A stretch of 64,000 nucleotides of DNA from the human T2T-CHM13v2.0 reference genome, Homo sapiens: the NCBI RefSeq assembly GCF_009914755.1, contig NC_060934.1. One strand, 5' to 3'. Each line of letters begins with the position of its first letter. Positions within the stretch are counted from its first letter, which is position 1. A model generated the notes under the pieces. The model was given only the letters and a program-made list of their open reading frames with translations, did no database searches and was not told the DNA's origin. This document shows positions 41,683-56,137 of the stretch, piece by piece. The position numbers were made by a program, and so were the translations under genes.

Positions 41683-42557
41683 TTAAAAATTATTATAGCA
41701 ATTCAAGTAAGTCAACATACTAAGCATTTTACATAGATTTTAGAGGAATTTGGAGAAAAATTCCTATAATGAAAGGAAATCAAAACTTCATCAATCAAGA
41801 TAGCTTAATGTTGGTGAGATCTAATATTAAAGGGTATATTATCCTTACCCACCTCTACAGTTTATCATTTAAGGGAGCTTTGAGTAGTTTATAGATTTTC
41901 ATTGGTCATCTTCATCATATCACATGAAGGCGGTATCCACGAAGAATGATTTTGCTGTTTCCTAGAACAGAAAAGAGAGATACGAAACCAAAACAGTCTC
42001 CACACTGTGAGTTGAGTTTAGATACTGAGGGCAGGGAGACTGAGATTCACAGGCTTAGCCAGGTATTATCTGGGTCCTCAGCAAATCACTCAACATCTTT
42101 TAAGTCTCCAATTCAAGCTTGTAACATTGGCATGAAATAGAATCTACCAGAAAGGCGTGTTGTGAGAATGAAATAAAATCAGACCTGTACAATCCCTAGC
42201 ACGGTGCCTGGCACTATAAAAGGTGGCTGTGGATGCTTCTCTTCTCTCAAGGCCGGAACCTCCCTTGGTCTGGGTGTTTGTGGAGTGCAGGGGGCAGCCT
42301 GCAGGGTGAGCCCCCAGTGTCTGCAGGACCATGGGGCCCAACGCTGCATACAAACCTGGGCATGGCCATTTCGTCAGGGTTGTTCCGGAAGCCGGGGAGG
42401 AGCACACAGGAGATGAACAGAGTCTGACTGCTGGAGCCGTTTCCTTTAACCTCTACACACCCACAGCTGTGCTTGAAAACCCATTGCAGAGGAGCCTAAC
42501 ACCTGGCTCGGAGATCATTATTTGTTTTTTGCACTTTGCTCCACTAGGCAGTTTTTT

Positions 42558-42855
<298 letters not shown>

Positions 42856-43229
42856 CTAGGCAGTTTTTTATAAGGTGACTGGTGACTGTTATTTTCACAT
42901 TATTCCAACCGTGGACAGTAGAGAGGGCTTTAGTTTAACTTCCCCAGTGTAATGTCAGTTGGACTGGAATGAGTGGTGTTAGTACCTCCTCCCTTCTTCC
43001 TTCCTCCCTCCCTCCCTTTCTTCCTTCTTTCCTCCCTTCCTTCTTTCCTCCCGTTCTCTCTCTTTTTTTCCATGATAGCAGAAGGTCTCCCTGTATTTAT
43101 TTTTAATAATATTAAAGATAATTCATTTTTGAAAGAACAGCTGTTTTTGTTTCTCTGGCTCACTGTCAGTCTGTGTATATACAAAGTCTTTGTATAAAGA
43201 CTGTACTAATACAACATTGTAAATATTAT

Positions 43230-43560
43230 ACCTAGATTTTTTTATTAATGTTCTTTCTGTTTGATAATATATCAAGGAGCTTTCCCTTAATTACAACATA
43301 GCAACCATGATATTAATGATGGCATAAAATTAACTATCACTTTCTTATCCATCGCCTATAAATGGGCATGTAAGTTGTTTGCAGATTTTCACTGCTGTGA
43401 ATAACTGTGCAGTGAACACATTCATGCATATAGCTTGAATTTATTTTGAAAATTTTCCCAGTATACATTCTTATAAATGTAATTACGGATTTCAAATATT
43501 TTTGTAACTTTTGAAATTATTGCCAAATGGTTTGATGTTAATACGATAAGATTTGCCCCA
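43230..43560 (-). mobile_element. Ancient L1 fragment
   Basis: aatgggcatgtaagttgtttgcagattttcactgctgtgaataactgtgcagtgaacacattcatgcata...attattgccaaatgg. Confidence 0.55.
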
Positions 43561-45657
43561 TCTCCATTGCTGCTGGCACTATATCATGGCCCCAGTTTCA
43601 CTGCCAACTCATTGGAACTACAAATTATAATTTAAATGCTTTTTCCTAGGCAGAAAATTCATTTGACTTTTTGAATTTTATATAAATCTAGCCCAAAGAA
43701 GGACTTTGTGAAAAATTGCTATTAAAGAATCAGGTTAAGGGGGAAAGTGTATTTATATAGATAAATGTCACTGGCACAGAAAACTAAGGTCAAAAGTGTT
43801 TAAAACATCATTCTATTTGTCATTTTTTAATCAGTCTTTGGGTCAAAATAAGGTCAAGGGCAGTTAGAATAAAGAAGAATGAGAGTTTGGTTTCTGAATT
43901 GTTCCCCTTTTCCCTCACATTCTTTTGTCTCATGGCTGCCTTGTGGTAGTTTAAAAAATCTTACAACAATCTTCTGAGGAAGTGCTTCATTTTCTCCAGT
44001 TTGCAGGGGCCCCAGGTTTGCTAGGAAATGGTCCGAAGTTAACGAGAGCCACAGAATTTGTGCCACCATTTTAAACACCGCCTTCCCATTGGGGCTTCAA
44101 CATTGACCCAGCGTCAGGAGACATCTTTCCAGAAAACCAAATTGTTTTTGAGTAATATCATGAAGTAATTGGCACATTTAGTTCCATCTCATAAACAACA
44201 AACTATTTCACTAGCATGAAACATGCCGTGCTTGGATGTATGTAAATCCAAGCATAAGCCTGAAGACACAGATTCACCCACAAGAAGGACCCACTGTCAG
44301 GCTGAGCGTGGTCAGCTACCTGAACTGTTGGTTCAGAGTCACCTGTTTCTCTGTGTTGTCATCTGCTTGAACCTCTGCAGACGAGGGATAGCGTACATTA
44401 AAGATCTTTAAAATGAGGGCAGAAAAACTAACCCTTGTTTTAAAAAAATCCCTCTTGTATGTTAATCTGCTTCTGTAATTGGGAAAAGATCAGTTTTCTT
44501 CTGTTTGATGTGCCCACCTCAGCTTCCCAGCTGGAATCTCCCAAGCCTGCAGCATCATCCCCTTTTCTGCCAGTCTCCTTGTCACTGGGTTTTCCGGCTG
44601 CGGGTCACGCTGGACTGGCCTTTGCTTGCTCCCCTGGCCTCCGTGGCAGTCGGTTGTGAAGCTTCATCAGTCCTCCCTCTGTCTCATCTGCAGCCTCCGT
44701 CCTCTGCGCAATCACCATTGCACTAGTCCAGGATTATTCCTGGGCCACAGTATTTGTCTCTTGACTTGCTCTATCTATGTTTTCTAAGTCCTTTCTGACT
44801 CCAGTTCCACCTGTCCCTCTCAGCTGGTCTTCCTAAAGCACAAGGGATGGCCCCTATTGTCGGTGATGGTGGGCGAATGTGTAGAGTGGACATGTGTGTG
44901 GCACATTGGTGCAGGGTTGGCCCCACCTGCTTCTCCATCCACGAGCTTCTGGGATGGGGATGGTCGGCTGCTGCCTAACTCCTCTGCCATAAGCCCAGTT
45001 ACCTCACCTTATTAGTCACGTCAGCAGGGGCTTAAGTTTTTTTTATAGCTTTTATAGCAGATGTGCAAACCCTACTGGAGTAGGGGGAAGATATTAGGGG
45101 GATTTGTTTTTACAACACTTTAGTGTTTTGAACCCGTGATAGAGCTTATGTTTTAAAGGTTGCTATGTCTTTTGGAGTAGAGCTGTCAATATGCTACTGT
45201 TTATGGAATATGAAATAATATATATGTCCAGGTGTATTTTACTCTTACAATTGGAGTAGAGAGGAGACCTGCTGGATTCAGAAGAAAAACCTGCTATTTT
45301 ACTCAGGATTAAACTGCACCAAACCATTACTGGAATTTTAAAAGCATGTGTTACAAATTGGCTTTTCTAACGTTGCCCGGAGTTTCTGCTCTTGTGCTCG
45401 TGCTCTTCAGCCGCAGTGGCGGGCATTTCATTAGAACATTCTTTCCCTTACACCTCCCCAAGAGCCTACTCCTTTCCTGTCTCCACTTGTGCAAGAAAGA
45501 GCACAAATGTTCCTTCGGAATAGGCTCAGCCTTGCCCTTATCCTGCTTCTCCAGGGTCCATGTGTTGAATGGGCTCTCTTGGTGGCGGGATGGGGTGGCA
45601 TGGAGTTATCCTTTCATGGGCCATGTCCTCCTTGTGGCCTGGGACTCTCTGTCCAGT

Positions 45658-46423
45658 GCTGCAGTGAGTGCCTTAGGTCAGCTTGACAGCACTCGCTCTG
45701 GGGAGGTGGCGATGAAGCTCCACAAAAGGCTCCAGGCTGAAGGTCCCTGATGCTAGTGGAAGCCTGCTGTGAAGTGTCGTGTTCTGCAGGAGCTGGGCCA
45801 GACAGAAGCCTGTGAGATGGGAGGCCCCAGATGTGCACAGCGGCCTTGAATTCTTTTTAGAAGTCCCTCCTACCTTCAAAGTCATATGCTTCACTGTGGG
45901 CTGGGTCCATAGCCATAGAGCTCCGGTCCGTTGACAGGAAGGCGTTCCCAGCGACTGGACGCTGCATGACGCTCTTGCAATCTCACACCTCTCTGCCATC
46001 CCATCCCTGTTTGTGTACGGCCAGGAGGCTGCTGCCTGTGGGGTTTCTTTTCCTCCTAGTGCTTGCAGTGTGGATACTCCAAGCCAGGGGAGGTGGGGAT
46101 ACATGTGGGAAGCCCCAGTGGATGCCCACTGCAGCCATGCCCCTGGGGTGGCCCCCAGCCCTGTGGCCACTGTCAGCCACCCCCTCCATCACTGGGCACT
46201 CTTGTGCCACTTCCCTGCCCTGTCCATACTCAAGGCCACTGTGGACATCTGGGGCCTCCTATCTCATAGGCATCTGTCTGGCCAAGCTCCTGCCAGAACA
46301 TGGCCCTTCACAGGGGAAGTTCCATTAGCATCAGAGACCTTCCGTCTGGAGGCCTTGGCAGAGCTTCATCACCACCTCCCCAGAGCCAGCTCTGTCAAGC
46401 TGACCTAAGGCACTCACTGCAGC
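45658..46423. repeat. Long imperfect inverted repeat: arms 45658-45849 and 46230-46423, 380-bp spacer
   Basis: Hand alignment of the left arm to the reverse complement of the right arm gives ~165/194 identities. The outer 32 bp are perfect. Confidence 0.95.
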
Positions 46424-49400
46424 TCCTCAACAAAAACCCATTTCTTATTTCTTCTGCCTCTTTTGTCTCTGGGTGCTCCAGCTGTCTGTGGTCATCCTGG
46501 CTCTTCCAGCACTTTCTATGAATCTTTTATGATCCGGATGCCCCAGCCATTCTCCTAAATCATCCTCCCCTGCTGCTTCTTCCTGTCCTGGTGCCTAAGG
46601 GCACATTCTCTGCCCCCTTTCCTTACAGCTGGCCAACTCCTCGAGACACCACCACAGCTGCGTTCATCCCACCCCCTCGCCCTGTGCCCACCCCAATCCA
46701 GAGAGTAGCATGCTTACCCCTAAACTCAGGACTCTAGGAATCTCCATTTGTTTGAAAGGAGAGGTCCTACTTGGGAAGATTTCAGGACTGATAAGCTGGC
46801 AGGGGAAATGTGGAGAGGCATTGGGGTCTTCGCGCCCCTTATCCCATCCACCTGGATGAGCCTGCCCTTGGTCACAGGAGATGAGCCCTCTCCTGGCCTT
46901 AAGCTGACTCTCCCTGCCTCACCAAGAACCCTGCCCTCCCGTGGACCGCACTCCAAGTCTCACCCTCATACTGGATTTTGCTTCATAATAAAAAGCATAC
47001 TTTTAAATTCCCTCCTGGCATCTTTTTAAAGAATTCCATTTGTTACGCCTTTGGAAAATACAGAACTAACAGCTGAGAATTGCAGCAAATGACCATATGG
47101 GCCATAGACCATTAATAAAAATGGAATGGAAAAAGCTGCCCAGCAAAAATAATATTTTCAATCATGGAGCTATTTTCTGTCATCTTTGTGAGGCTCAGTA
47201 AAATGCTGCACAACTTCCAGAAATTCCCATTTAGTTGTAACAGTATTAGAACATGAATAATCTTTGTGTCATCAGTGTTGCCGAGCTCCTGTTTGAATAA
47301 TCTCTTCACACTGCCCATGCCAGTAACCGGAAGCCAGTAATTGAATAGCCGGGTGAATGTCAGCGGCTCTGCCACTTGGTGGAAAGGCCAATGTATTTTC
47401 CACTGTAATATGAATGTGAATGAGTTTGGTAGCAATTCTATCTTGTGTATTCTTTAATTCATTAGGATTTTATTTGTTGGTTTGTTTATTTTTGCTTTCA
47501 ATGTCAAAATAATTCTTGCCTAAAGAGGAAATATGGCACAAGAGGCTTCTGTTTCATTGAATCCAGACCCAAAGATGGTCTGAGAGGCCATGGAAACCAA
47601 GATCCTTGACTCCAGGAGCTGCGATTATATTGAATTTCATTCTTAAAAGCCCTCCAGCAAAGAGATTCTTCCATAATCCCCTTTAACCAGATTAAACAGG
47701 ACTAATTTTGAGGCCATGTTCCCAGAGTCCTCTGGAATTGCATGCAGCCCTAAAGTCACTCTTTAATCTGTGTCATGTAGACATAAGGAGCCGCTGCACC
47801 TGTCTCAGGCATCAGCAAGGTGTCATGGCCTGCGATGCAGCCATGCATCCCCAGCCAGGCAGCTCCAAGTGAGTGGCTCTGGGTCCTCCAGGCTCATGAG
47901 TGTTTCACAGGAGCTCCAAGGTCAGCAAGCCCCTTGCTTGACGGACGTAGGAGGATGTGGAGGTTTTTGAATGTGGGATGAAGTGCCACCGATTAATTAG
48001 TGTGTAATTAAGTTTCCAGAGCAGTTAGGCAAGAGGAATGCTCTATACATAAAGATATGAATGTGTCTGAGCACAGGGACTCAAGGCTGAGTGATGGATC
48101 GGGAGGGACCAGTCACTTGTAGGATGTCAGCATGGGCGCCTAGAGCCCCAAGGGTTGTGCGGTGTCACACTTCTCTCTGCTGAACCTTGCCTGTTTCATC
48201 TTCTTAACCATGTTTTCCACCCAGATACAGTCCAGCAACTTTCTCCCACCCACCTCCCCCTGCACATGCTCAGGGGGTAAGGTGTGGTTGCGCAGTTTCA
48301 TCAGATTGGCCCCGACCCAGGGAGAGAAGGCAGAGAGAGTCTGATTCCTTGGTGCCCTCTGCCTGCAGTATCTTCTGAGCATTTCTTCTTTAAATACAGG
48401 AGAAACTAGAGCACTCTGGGCAAAGAGCAGCATTGTACTAAGGTTTATTTTTAAAGGGTCAAATAAGCCCTTCTGCTAATGTACTTAGCAGATCATGTCC
48501 ATAGATTTCAGATCTCACCCGGCTCTTGATAACCTCGGAGCCCTCCATCAAGGCGGTGAGTGGTCTGTGCAAACCTTTCCACCCTGGCCCAGCCTCCTGC
48601 TGCGCTCCCACAGAACCCTAGAGCTCTTCTGGTATATAAAGCATGGTCCTGGATGTCTGGCAAGTGCAGGCTGATTTTATACATTACAGATGTATAAAAT
48701 TATAGATGCATTAGAGTAAGAATAGTAAATCTCACCCAAAACAAAAATTATGCGTTCCAAACCAAATATAATTGGCTTTTGGATTAGCTACTACTGGGAT
48801 CCTTCTCTCCATGATCTTTCAGATAGGTGCCAATAGCCTATGGTTAGCTGTGGCAGTGAGTGGTAAAAGCAGTGTTTCCTTTTTAAGTTAATTGAATTAA
48901 CAAGACGTCAATATCGCTTCGAGCACAGCCCCCTGACTCCGTCACGTCAATTTAACAGCAACTTTCCGAAAGGCCTTCTATTCATAAGTGTTCTCTTGTT
49001 TCATGTTCTCAGAGGGCTGCTGGTATCAGACACTGAGAGACTCTCTGTTCAGTATTTTCAGTTGGACACCCTGTGAATATTTTTGGAGCAATATTAGTGA
49101 TTCAGAAAAGAGAAGAAAATATAATGGTTTTGCTTATTACGTGAGTGAGCCTCTGCCACCTTTTGAGCAACACAGTAAACCCTTGCTAATTTTATCCCAG
49201 CCATAGAGAACCTTGTTGCAAATCACCAGACAATGTGCATTTATGAGGAAGATAATAAGCATGATTTTGATAAAACCAGCTCTGCTCTATCAGCAAATGT
49301 ACTATCTCCAATTTAGTGGGACAGGATCATTTAATTCTGATTATAGTAACAGTTCATAGAACACTAGCGAATCAATTCGAGTGTATTCTATAAAAATGAA

Positions 49401-51972
49401 CGAGGATCCTGGAATTAGAGGCTAGCTGTGGATCTCTGGTACTGAATCCTTGCTAATAAACAGATCAAGGTGGCCAGGTGTTTGTGTAAATTACTTAGTT
49501 TGGACTAGGGTTAGTAAAATTAGAATCAGCTGTGTTGTGATTTACTTACCACTCATCCACCTTTGTTGGAAATCATTAAGTTCATCAGTCAGAATTTGAT
49601 CAGCAGCATACCTAGGTAGCTGTAGCTTCCTCATTGCCTGTGTTTGTGACAGCTAGATTTACATGGAAGCAGAGAAAACATGCCGTTTTCATAACCTACA
49701 CTCTGTGTTCAGATCCCTTTGGCTTGACCATTGATGGGCATTTTAAATGCCTGTATGTTTGCCCATGTCAGGAGAAGGCACATTTCTCTGCATTCTCTGT
49801 ACCTTTCTTGTTGTCTGTACTCATTAAACATACATGAAATTGAATCATGTTTTGATTAAATTTAATTTAATTTTGTGTCTCTATTATTTGTCCTGAAGCA
49901 TCAGCCCTCATCAAACATTTAATCTTTGAAGTCTGTCTGGATCATGGCACCATCTGGGAGATGGCACTGCCTTGAAATGCCAACTTTTGGGCTACTACCA
50001 AGCGATCTCCCTTGTATGTGATTCCAAAAAGAACTACCTTTTGCAGAATTCTTTTCTGTAAAGGGCAGGATAGCAGTGGTTAGTATCAAAAGGTTGTTAT
50101 TTTACAGTAAAAATCGTTAATGTGAGATTTCAGGAGAAAAAAAATCTAAAGCAATTCATTCCTCCTTCTTCAATAGAACCATCTGTCTGTGCTGCTAAAA
50201 TCCTTGAACTTCTTAGGCCAGACAGAATCAAAAAGAAGTGTTTATTTGGGGGAGGAGACCATGGAGAAGATCAAGAAGAAAATTGGAGAGATTCACTAAG
50301 GTCCGGGTTCTGGGGATGTTGCTGAGTCCTTGATGTCAGGCAAGAATCAGTACTTCTCTCCAGCCCTGAAAGCCTTTGTTTCATCTGTAGCTGTGGCTTT
50401 GGGCAGTGTGTACTGATCGAGGACAGGCAGGGCGTCTGTGTCCATTTGGAGGCCCCTCCTTGGGTTTCACCGTTCCTTGCTAATTGCTTCTCAGGGGTCC
50501 ACAGTCAGCTGCTCCTGCAGGGGCATCCCCAAGTCTCTGGTGCCCACAGTGTCTGTCACAGGCACTCTGGATGAGCAGTTTTCACGACTGGGCTTGGCCT
50601 GGCCAAGAATGCAGGTTGTGATTTATCAACCCTCTAGACCGCTCCTTTGCTGACATATTAAGCCCTCTCCAGCTTTATCCAGTCTAAGCACTTTAATCCA
50701 ATCTAAGTTGGTCTAAGACCAACTGTATTCAGTAGTTTATGTGCACACAGCACATTCATTCCATTAGAGCATCAAAGGCACTGTTTGAGGTTTTGGGGCT
50801 GGCTAGAGCAATGACCAAAGAAAAATTCTTCCTCTCACTCAGCTTAAATTCCACTGGGATCCTAATAACAGCAGGCGGCTTGAGAATTGTTGCCTGAGAA
50901 AGTAGGTGATTGAACATGGCTTTAGAGAGATCCTGGAGACCCTTGCATACATGCCCATGGCGTACTTGCTTTCTGAACCCTGGATTCAGCTTTCTTCAAT
51001 TCTTCCTTTGTCCATCTTCCTTCAGTTTAGAGTGTGCATGTCTCATCTTTATGGGAATGAACAATCTCACAGCCCCTCCTTGCTACTGGCACAAGTTGAT
51101 GGTAACCTCAGGGCCCCCTGCAGCATGGCTAGTCACCAGGCCGGAGTCCCAGTACTCAGATGGCTATGAACTCTGCCAGAGATGGGGAACTGGGCAGTGA
51201 GGATGGGGAAAACATGTCCATTGTTATCGAGGTTTTTTTCAGCCTGATCAGACACTTGAAGACATTTTAGAGATTTCCACCCCCCAGAATTTAGAGTTTT
51301 TCTAAAAGCATGGATCTGAGACATAATTAGCTGGTACTGGCGACCCTTCTGCACCCTGATTCCCAGGAAATTTAATCAGAAGCTTTGGGGATGGAGGATA
51401 GGCTGGAGATGGACCTTCTTGAGGTGCCTGCTGGTCTGTCTTTAGGGACATTGCTCCTCTTGCTCTTTAGAACATTTTTTCAGCCAGAGTGAGGTATTTC
51501 ACTAGGATCTATCAAGGAATGGCAGCTAAGTGGCCCCTAGATGTTTTCAGATTGCCGAGAACTCTTCACTGGCAGGGGAAACACCATCTGTTCATTTCAG
51601 GAACCAACAAGCTATTTTAGATGTTACGTGTTTGTAGAGATGAAGTTTGAGACTTTTTTTCATGCTGCGCTTTGATTTTTTTTTTCCCCCTATGGTTTCC
51701 TTGTCTTTCTTCCCCTGGTTCTTGCTCCTGCTATCAGGACGTGCAGGTTCAGGCTCCATTAACCAGAAAAGGAAATGAGAGGTCCCCCTATGGCAAGGGA
51801 TCATCAGAAACCTCCAGGGGTTCTGTGTTGGCAACTCTTAAATGAGGCTTCAAAGGCAGAGGGTAGCCATCTATGATGATCTCTCTTGCCGATTTATGTT
51901 CTATTGACACTCAAGTCATAAAATGAAATACTCGCCATGCTGATTATTTACGCTTCCTCTGTTTAATTATAG

Positions 51973-52058
51973 TTTGAAAATGAGATCATCACCAAGCTGG
52001 ATCATGAAGTCGAAGGAGGCAGAGGAGACGAACAGTACAAAGTGTTATTTGATAAAAT
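51973..52058 (+). CDS. DOCK1: DOCK1 coding exon E (86 nt): FENEIITKLDHEVEGGRGDEQYKVLFDK(I)
   Basis: Acceptor ...gtttaattatag and donor AT|gtaagt. Contains the KLDHEVEGGRGDEQY motif. Confidence 0.97.
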
Positions 52059-52249
52059 GTAAGTGTTGATTAGCAGTGGGATTTATGTCTGAGAGATACA
52101 GAGACAGAGAGACCGTAATTAGACTACAATGAACTTTGTAACCCAGAAATAATTAAAATGTGTTAATAATGGAAAATAGTTAAAATTGCACCTCTGTTGA
52201 GTTTCTTTTTCTGAGTGTGATTAACAAGGTGTGTATAATTATTTTTCAG

Positions 52250-52406
52250 CCTTCTGGAACACTGCAGGAAGCACAAATACCTCGCCAAAACAGGAGAAAC
52301 TTTTGTAAAACTCGTTGTGCGCTTAATGGAAAGGCTTTTGGATTATAGAACCATCATGCACGACGAGAACAAAGAAAACCGCATGAGCTGCACCGTCAAT
52401 GTGCTG
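52250..52406 (+). CDS. DOCK1: DOCK1 coding exon F (157 nt): LLEHCRKHKYLAKTGETFVKLVVRLMERLLDYRTIMHDENKENRMSCTVNVL
   Basis: Acceptor atttttcag and donor CTG|gtgagt. Separated from exon E by a 191-nt intron. Confidence 0.97.
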
Positions 52407-52734
52407 GTGAGTGAAAGCTTAATCACGTTTTTTCAGTTTTCACAGCACACCAGAAACTGAAGCGGGGATTGCCCCAGCCCTTATCTATGACAGTCAGCCA
52501 CGAAGCTTTCCACCGCAGAACAATCTCCTTCGCTTGTTTCCTCATCTGCTGCAGGGAAGGAATCATGAAGTCGTCCACTCTGAATAAGTCTGTAAAATTG
52601 TCCCATCTCTGGACGTTTTAATGTCGCTCTCCTTGTCGTTGTGAATGATGACTCACCGTATCTTGCAGCCAGGGTAGTGCCTCATGGATTACGGCCTTAA
52701 GGCTTTGTGATTAGGAGACCATAAACGCGTGCTA

Positions 52735-53188
52735 TGTAGTACATAGGCTGAATGGTGGCCTCAAAGGTAGAGCAATACCCCAGTCCTTAGAACCTGTGAA
52801 TGAGACCTTATTTGGAAACAAGAGGCCCTGCAAATATAATTAAAAAGAATCTCAGATGGGATTATCCTGGATTACCTGCAAGGGGAGGGGAGAGGTACTA
52901 ACTCCAATGACAGGTGTCCTCATAAGAGACAAAAGAGAAGACACAGAAACAGGCTAGACCTTGTGAAGATGGAGGCAGAGATTGGAGGGACCCAGTCTCA
53001 AGCCAAGGAATGCCTGGAGCCACCAGAAGCCTGCGGAGGCCAGGAAGGATCCCCCGCTAGAGCTTTCTAGGGGAACGTTGTCCTACTCACACCTTGATTT
53101 CAGATTCTGGCCTCTGGAACTGTGAGAAGAAACATATCTGTTGTTTTAGGTTTATGGTAATTTGTTACAGCAGCCACAGGAAACCAGA
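52735..53188 (+). mobile_element. MLT1 (MLT1C-like) solo LTR
   Basis: ggctgaatggtggcc...gaacctgtgaatgagaccttatttggaaa...gtgaagatggaggcagagattggag...tggtaatttgttacagcagccacaggaaac. Confidence 0.88.
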
Positions 53189-53971
53189 TCTGGGCACCAT
53201 GGAGAACAGACGCCTGGGCGACCTTGGCTGCTGCCATCTGTCTGCCTTTTGCATTCCTGCTGTTGCCCTGATACAGCTGGGTTCTGTGGACACCCCCTTC
53301 CTGATGTCATTGTGGTCCCTAATCCAGGAAATCCATTAGTACCAATGAGCTTTTGGGAAGCTTTACCACAAGCTCAGATCCCGGCCAGCCTCATGGCTCT
53401 CAGCAGCGTTGTGATTCCCACAGCCTGGCTCCAGAGCTCTCTGCTTCTCCCTTTGCTGCTTCTCTTATAAAGAAACACAAGGGCTGACTCGTGGCCATAG
53501 TAGGGCTTTCCTCAAGTTTCCTTGCCTGTCCCATGGCAAGAATGCAAGAAAACACTACTCCTGCTTTGCTCTACTTACCTCCCTTCTCTGCCCAGCCACT
53601 GGCCTCAGGATTTCAGAGTCGCCAACAACATGTGGATACATAGTCCTCACTGCCACATCCACCCCTTGTGTGGACTTGTGGGTGCTTTATGCTCATGGAA
53701 ATGGACTTTCATGCCAGGAGGAACATGACACATCATTCACTCTTTAAAAAGCCAGAGTTGTGTGGATTAAAAAGATAAACGAAAAGGAATGCTTTCACTT
53801 TTCATCGACTATGGTATCAGTGCTGGATCTGTGCTTTGCCATGAGGAACTTCACAGCTGAAAGCTCATGAGCAGTCTTCGCCCCTTCATTGCATGGCTGG
53901 ACAGCTTGTTTAGGCTAATGATAAACATTTCTGTAACAAGTTTTCTTTTCCTTAAAAATCTAAATATAGGG

Positions 53972-54530
53972 GACCAGTTTTTGGTCCAGCATGTGAAGAG
54001 CTTGCAAATTGTCACTCCTGTCCTCACAACAAGAAAAAAGCTGAACAAATTGAAAACAATCAACAATTATTAGTTCCGTCTTCTTAGATCTGTAGATAAA
54101 CTTCTGACCCCAAAGTCAAAGAAACAGGAGGATACAGAGAACCACAGAGTGGAAGCCCAAACAGAAACCACCACTGGAGCCAGTACTAGATTCCTTTTAC
54201 CCAGTCCATCATATTCACTTTCAACGCATTAGTACAATGCACGCTAAAGACAAAAACACAGTGAAGGGGCAGAGCAGGCATTAGAACCAGACTCTGATAC
54301 GGCAGAGGTTTTGAAATCATCAGACCTGCAATTTAAAACAGCTGTTATGAATATCCTAAGGGCTCTAATGGGAAAAGTAGATAAAACATAAAAGAAGGTG
54401 GGTAAACTACGTAGAAACTCACAGAAATCATCAAGAAGAAATTCTGGAAATCTAAAACACTGTAACAGTGTGAAGAATGCCTCTGATGATCTCATCAATC
54501 AACTGGACACAGAATCTGTGGACTTGAAAA
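53972..54530 (+). mobile_element. Old L1 (L1MD/L1M4-like) 5'UTR and ORF1-start fragments
   Basis: tcactcctgtcctcacaacaagaaaaaagctgaacaa; gaaccagactctgatacggcagag..ttgaaatcatcagac...aagggctctaatgggaaaagtaga...cactgtaacag...aagaatgcct. Confidence 0.7.
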
Positions 54531-55806
54531 ATCTGAATGTTTGCAGATGCATCATGTGTCTTAGGCTACTGTAGAAATTACTGGTCTCTGATGTCTGGCC
54601 CTGAGGTCTGGGCTGTGGCTGTGTTTGTCTTTATATTCACCTGGAGACTGACCAAGTGGTACAGCAGCAAGCTCTGCCCCAGGTCAGTTGGTCTGATCTT
54701 ACAGACAGAAAAGAACCTGGCGCTTACTTCACTGTCTTCTTGCATTCTGACCAACGTTCAAAGTAATTTGTTGTCATGGTGCCAATGTGATTGACGTGAA
54801 ATAGGAACTATTATTTTTCTATGGGAAAGAAATGGAGAACTTTACAAAATCCTTCCCTACTATGGACATAACTTTATAGTGTTCCTTCTAATCCTTAAGG
54901 GGATCTAAGAGGCTGATAAGTGCCCAGAAGGAAGAATTATCAATAAGTTTATTAGTCTTCCAACTTTGATGATTGAGACTTTTATTTGTTTTAAGCAAGA
55001 TCTCTTATGCTCACCAGGACATGAAACAGTGGAGAAATGGTGGTGTGCTCTGAATATGGGCTCTTACTACCTGAATCTAGGGTCAGGAAACAAACTCTTG
55101 TAATAAAACCTACAATCACGGTTTCTAATGTGAACCTGTGTTCCTCTTTAATTCAGAGCCAGACTCAGTGCCCACGTACTTTTACTGTGGTCAGCACTTG
55201 CTCAGTTTTAACTAAGAAACACACCCAGGGTTCTCAAGGTTATCTGACATTATTAACTTTCTTCAAATGGGAACGTCCTGAATCATTTGATGAAAAATCA
55301 AATGTTCTGCTCTTAACCATTTCCTGGGGATGATAAAATGGATCCCAACTGTCACAGTTTTTTCATTTAGAAAATAAATCTGTGGAATAAAGGGAAACAA
55401 GAAACCAGAGTTTTAAAGATAGGTAGATAGGTGTCCTAACCATAGATACTCACTGCCCAGCTCAATTTCCTGGTCAGTTTTTCCCTTTTCTCCTGGTACT
55501 TTTATTACAGAAACAGAGTGTAATAGAGATGGGTATGTATAACCATCTCTAAATGAATATAGATGTATACATATTGGAGATGTATAAAATATACTCTGTT
55601 AGTCACTAAGAAGAAATGAAGCCTAAAGTTAAAAAATTAAATTAATAAAATAAAGAACATAGAATTTACCAATGCTCTGTAAGTCTGTTGCCAAGTTTCC
55701 TTTAGAACCAGCTTCGTGGTTTCTTACAAAACACAGTTAGTGGAACATTGTAAGTTGTGTAGGCTCCTTCATGTCCTATTTTCTTGCCCTTAAAAAAACA
55801 AAAATA

Positions 55807-56137
<331 letters not shown>

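Noticed and set aside
45673-46408. Pair of similar peptides on opposite strands suggesting paralogous genes
   Set aside because: The similarity comes from the DNA inverted repeat. Indels break the frame correspondence between arms.
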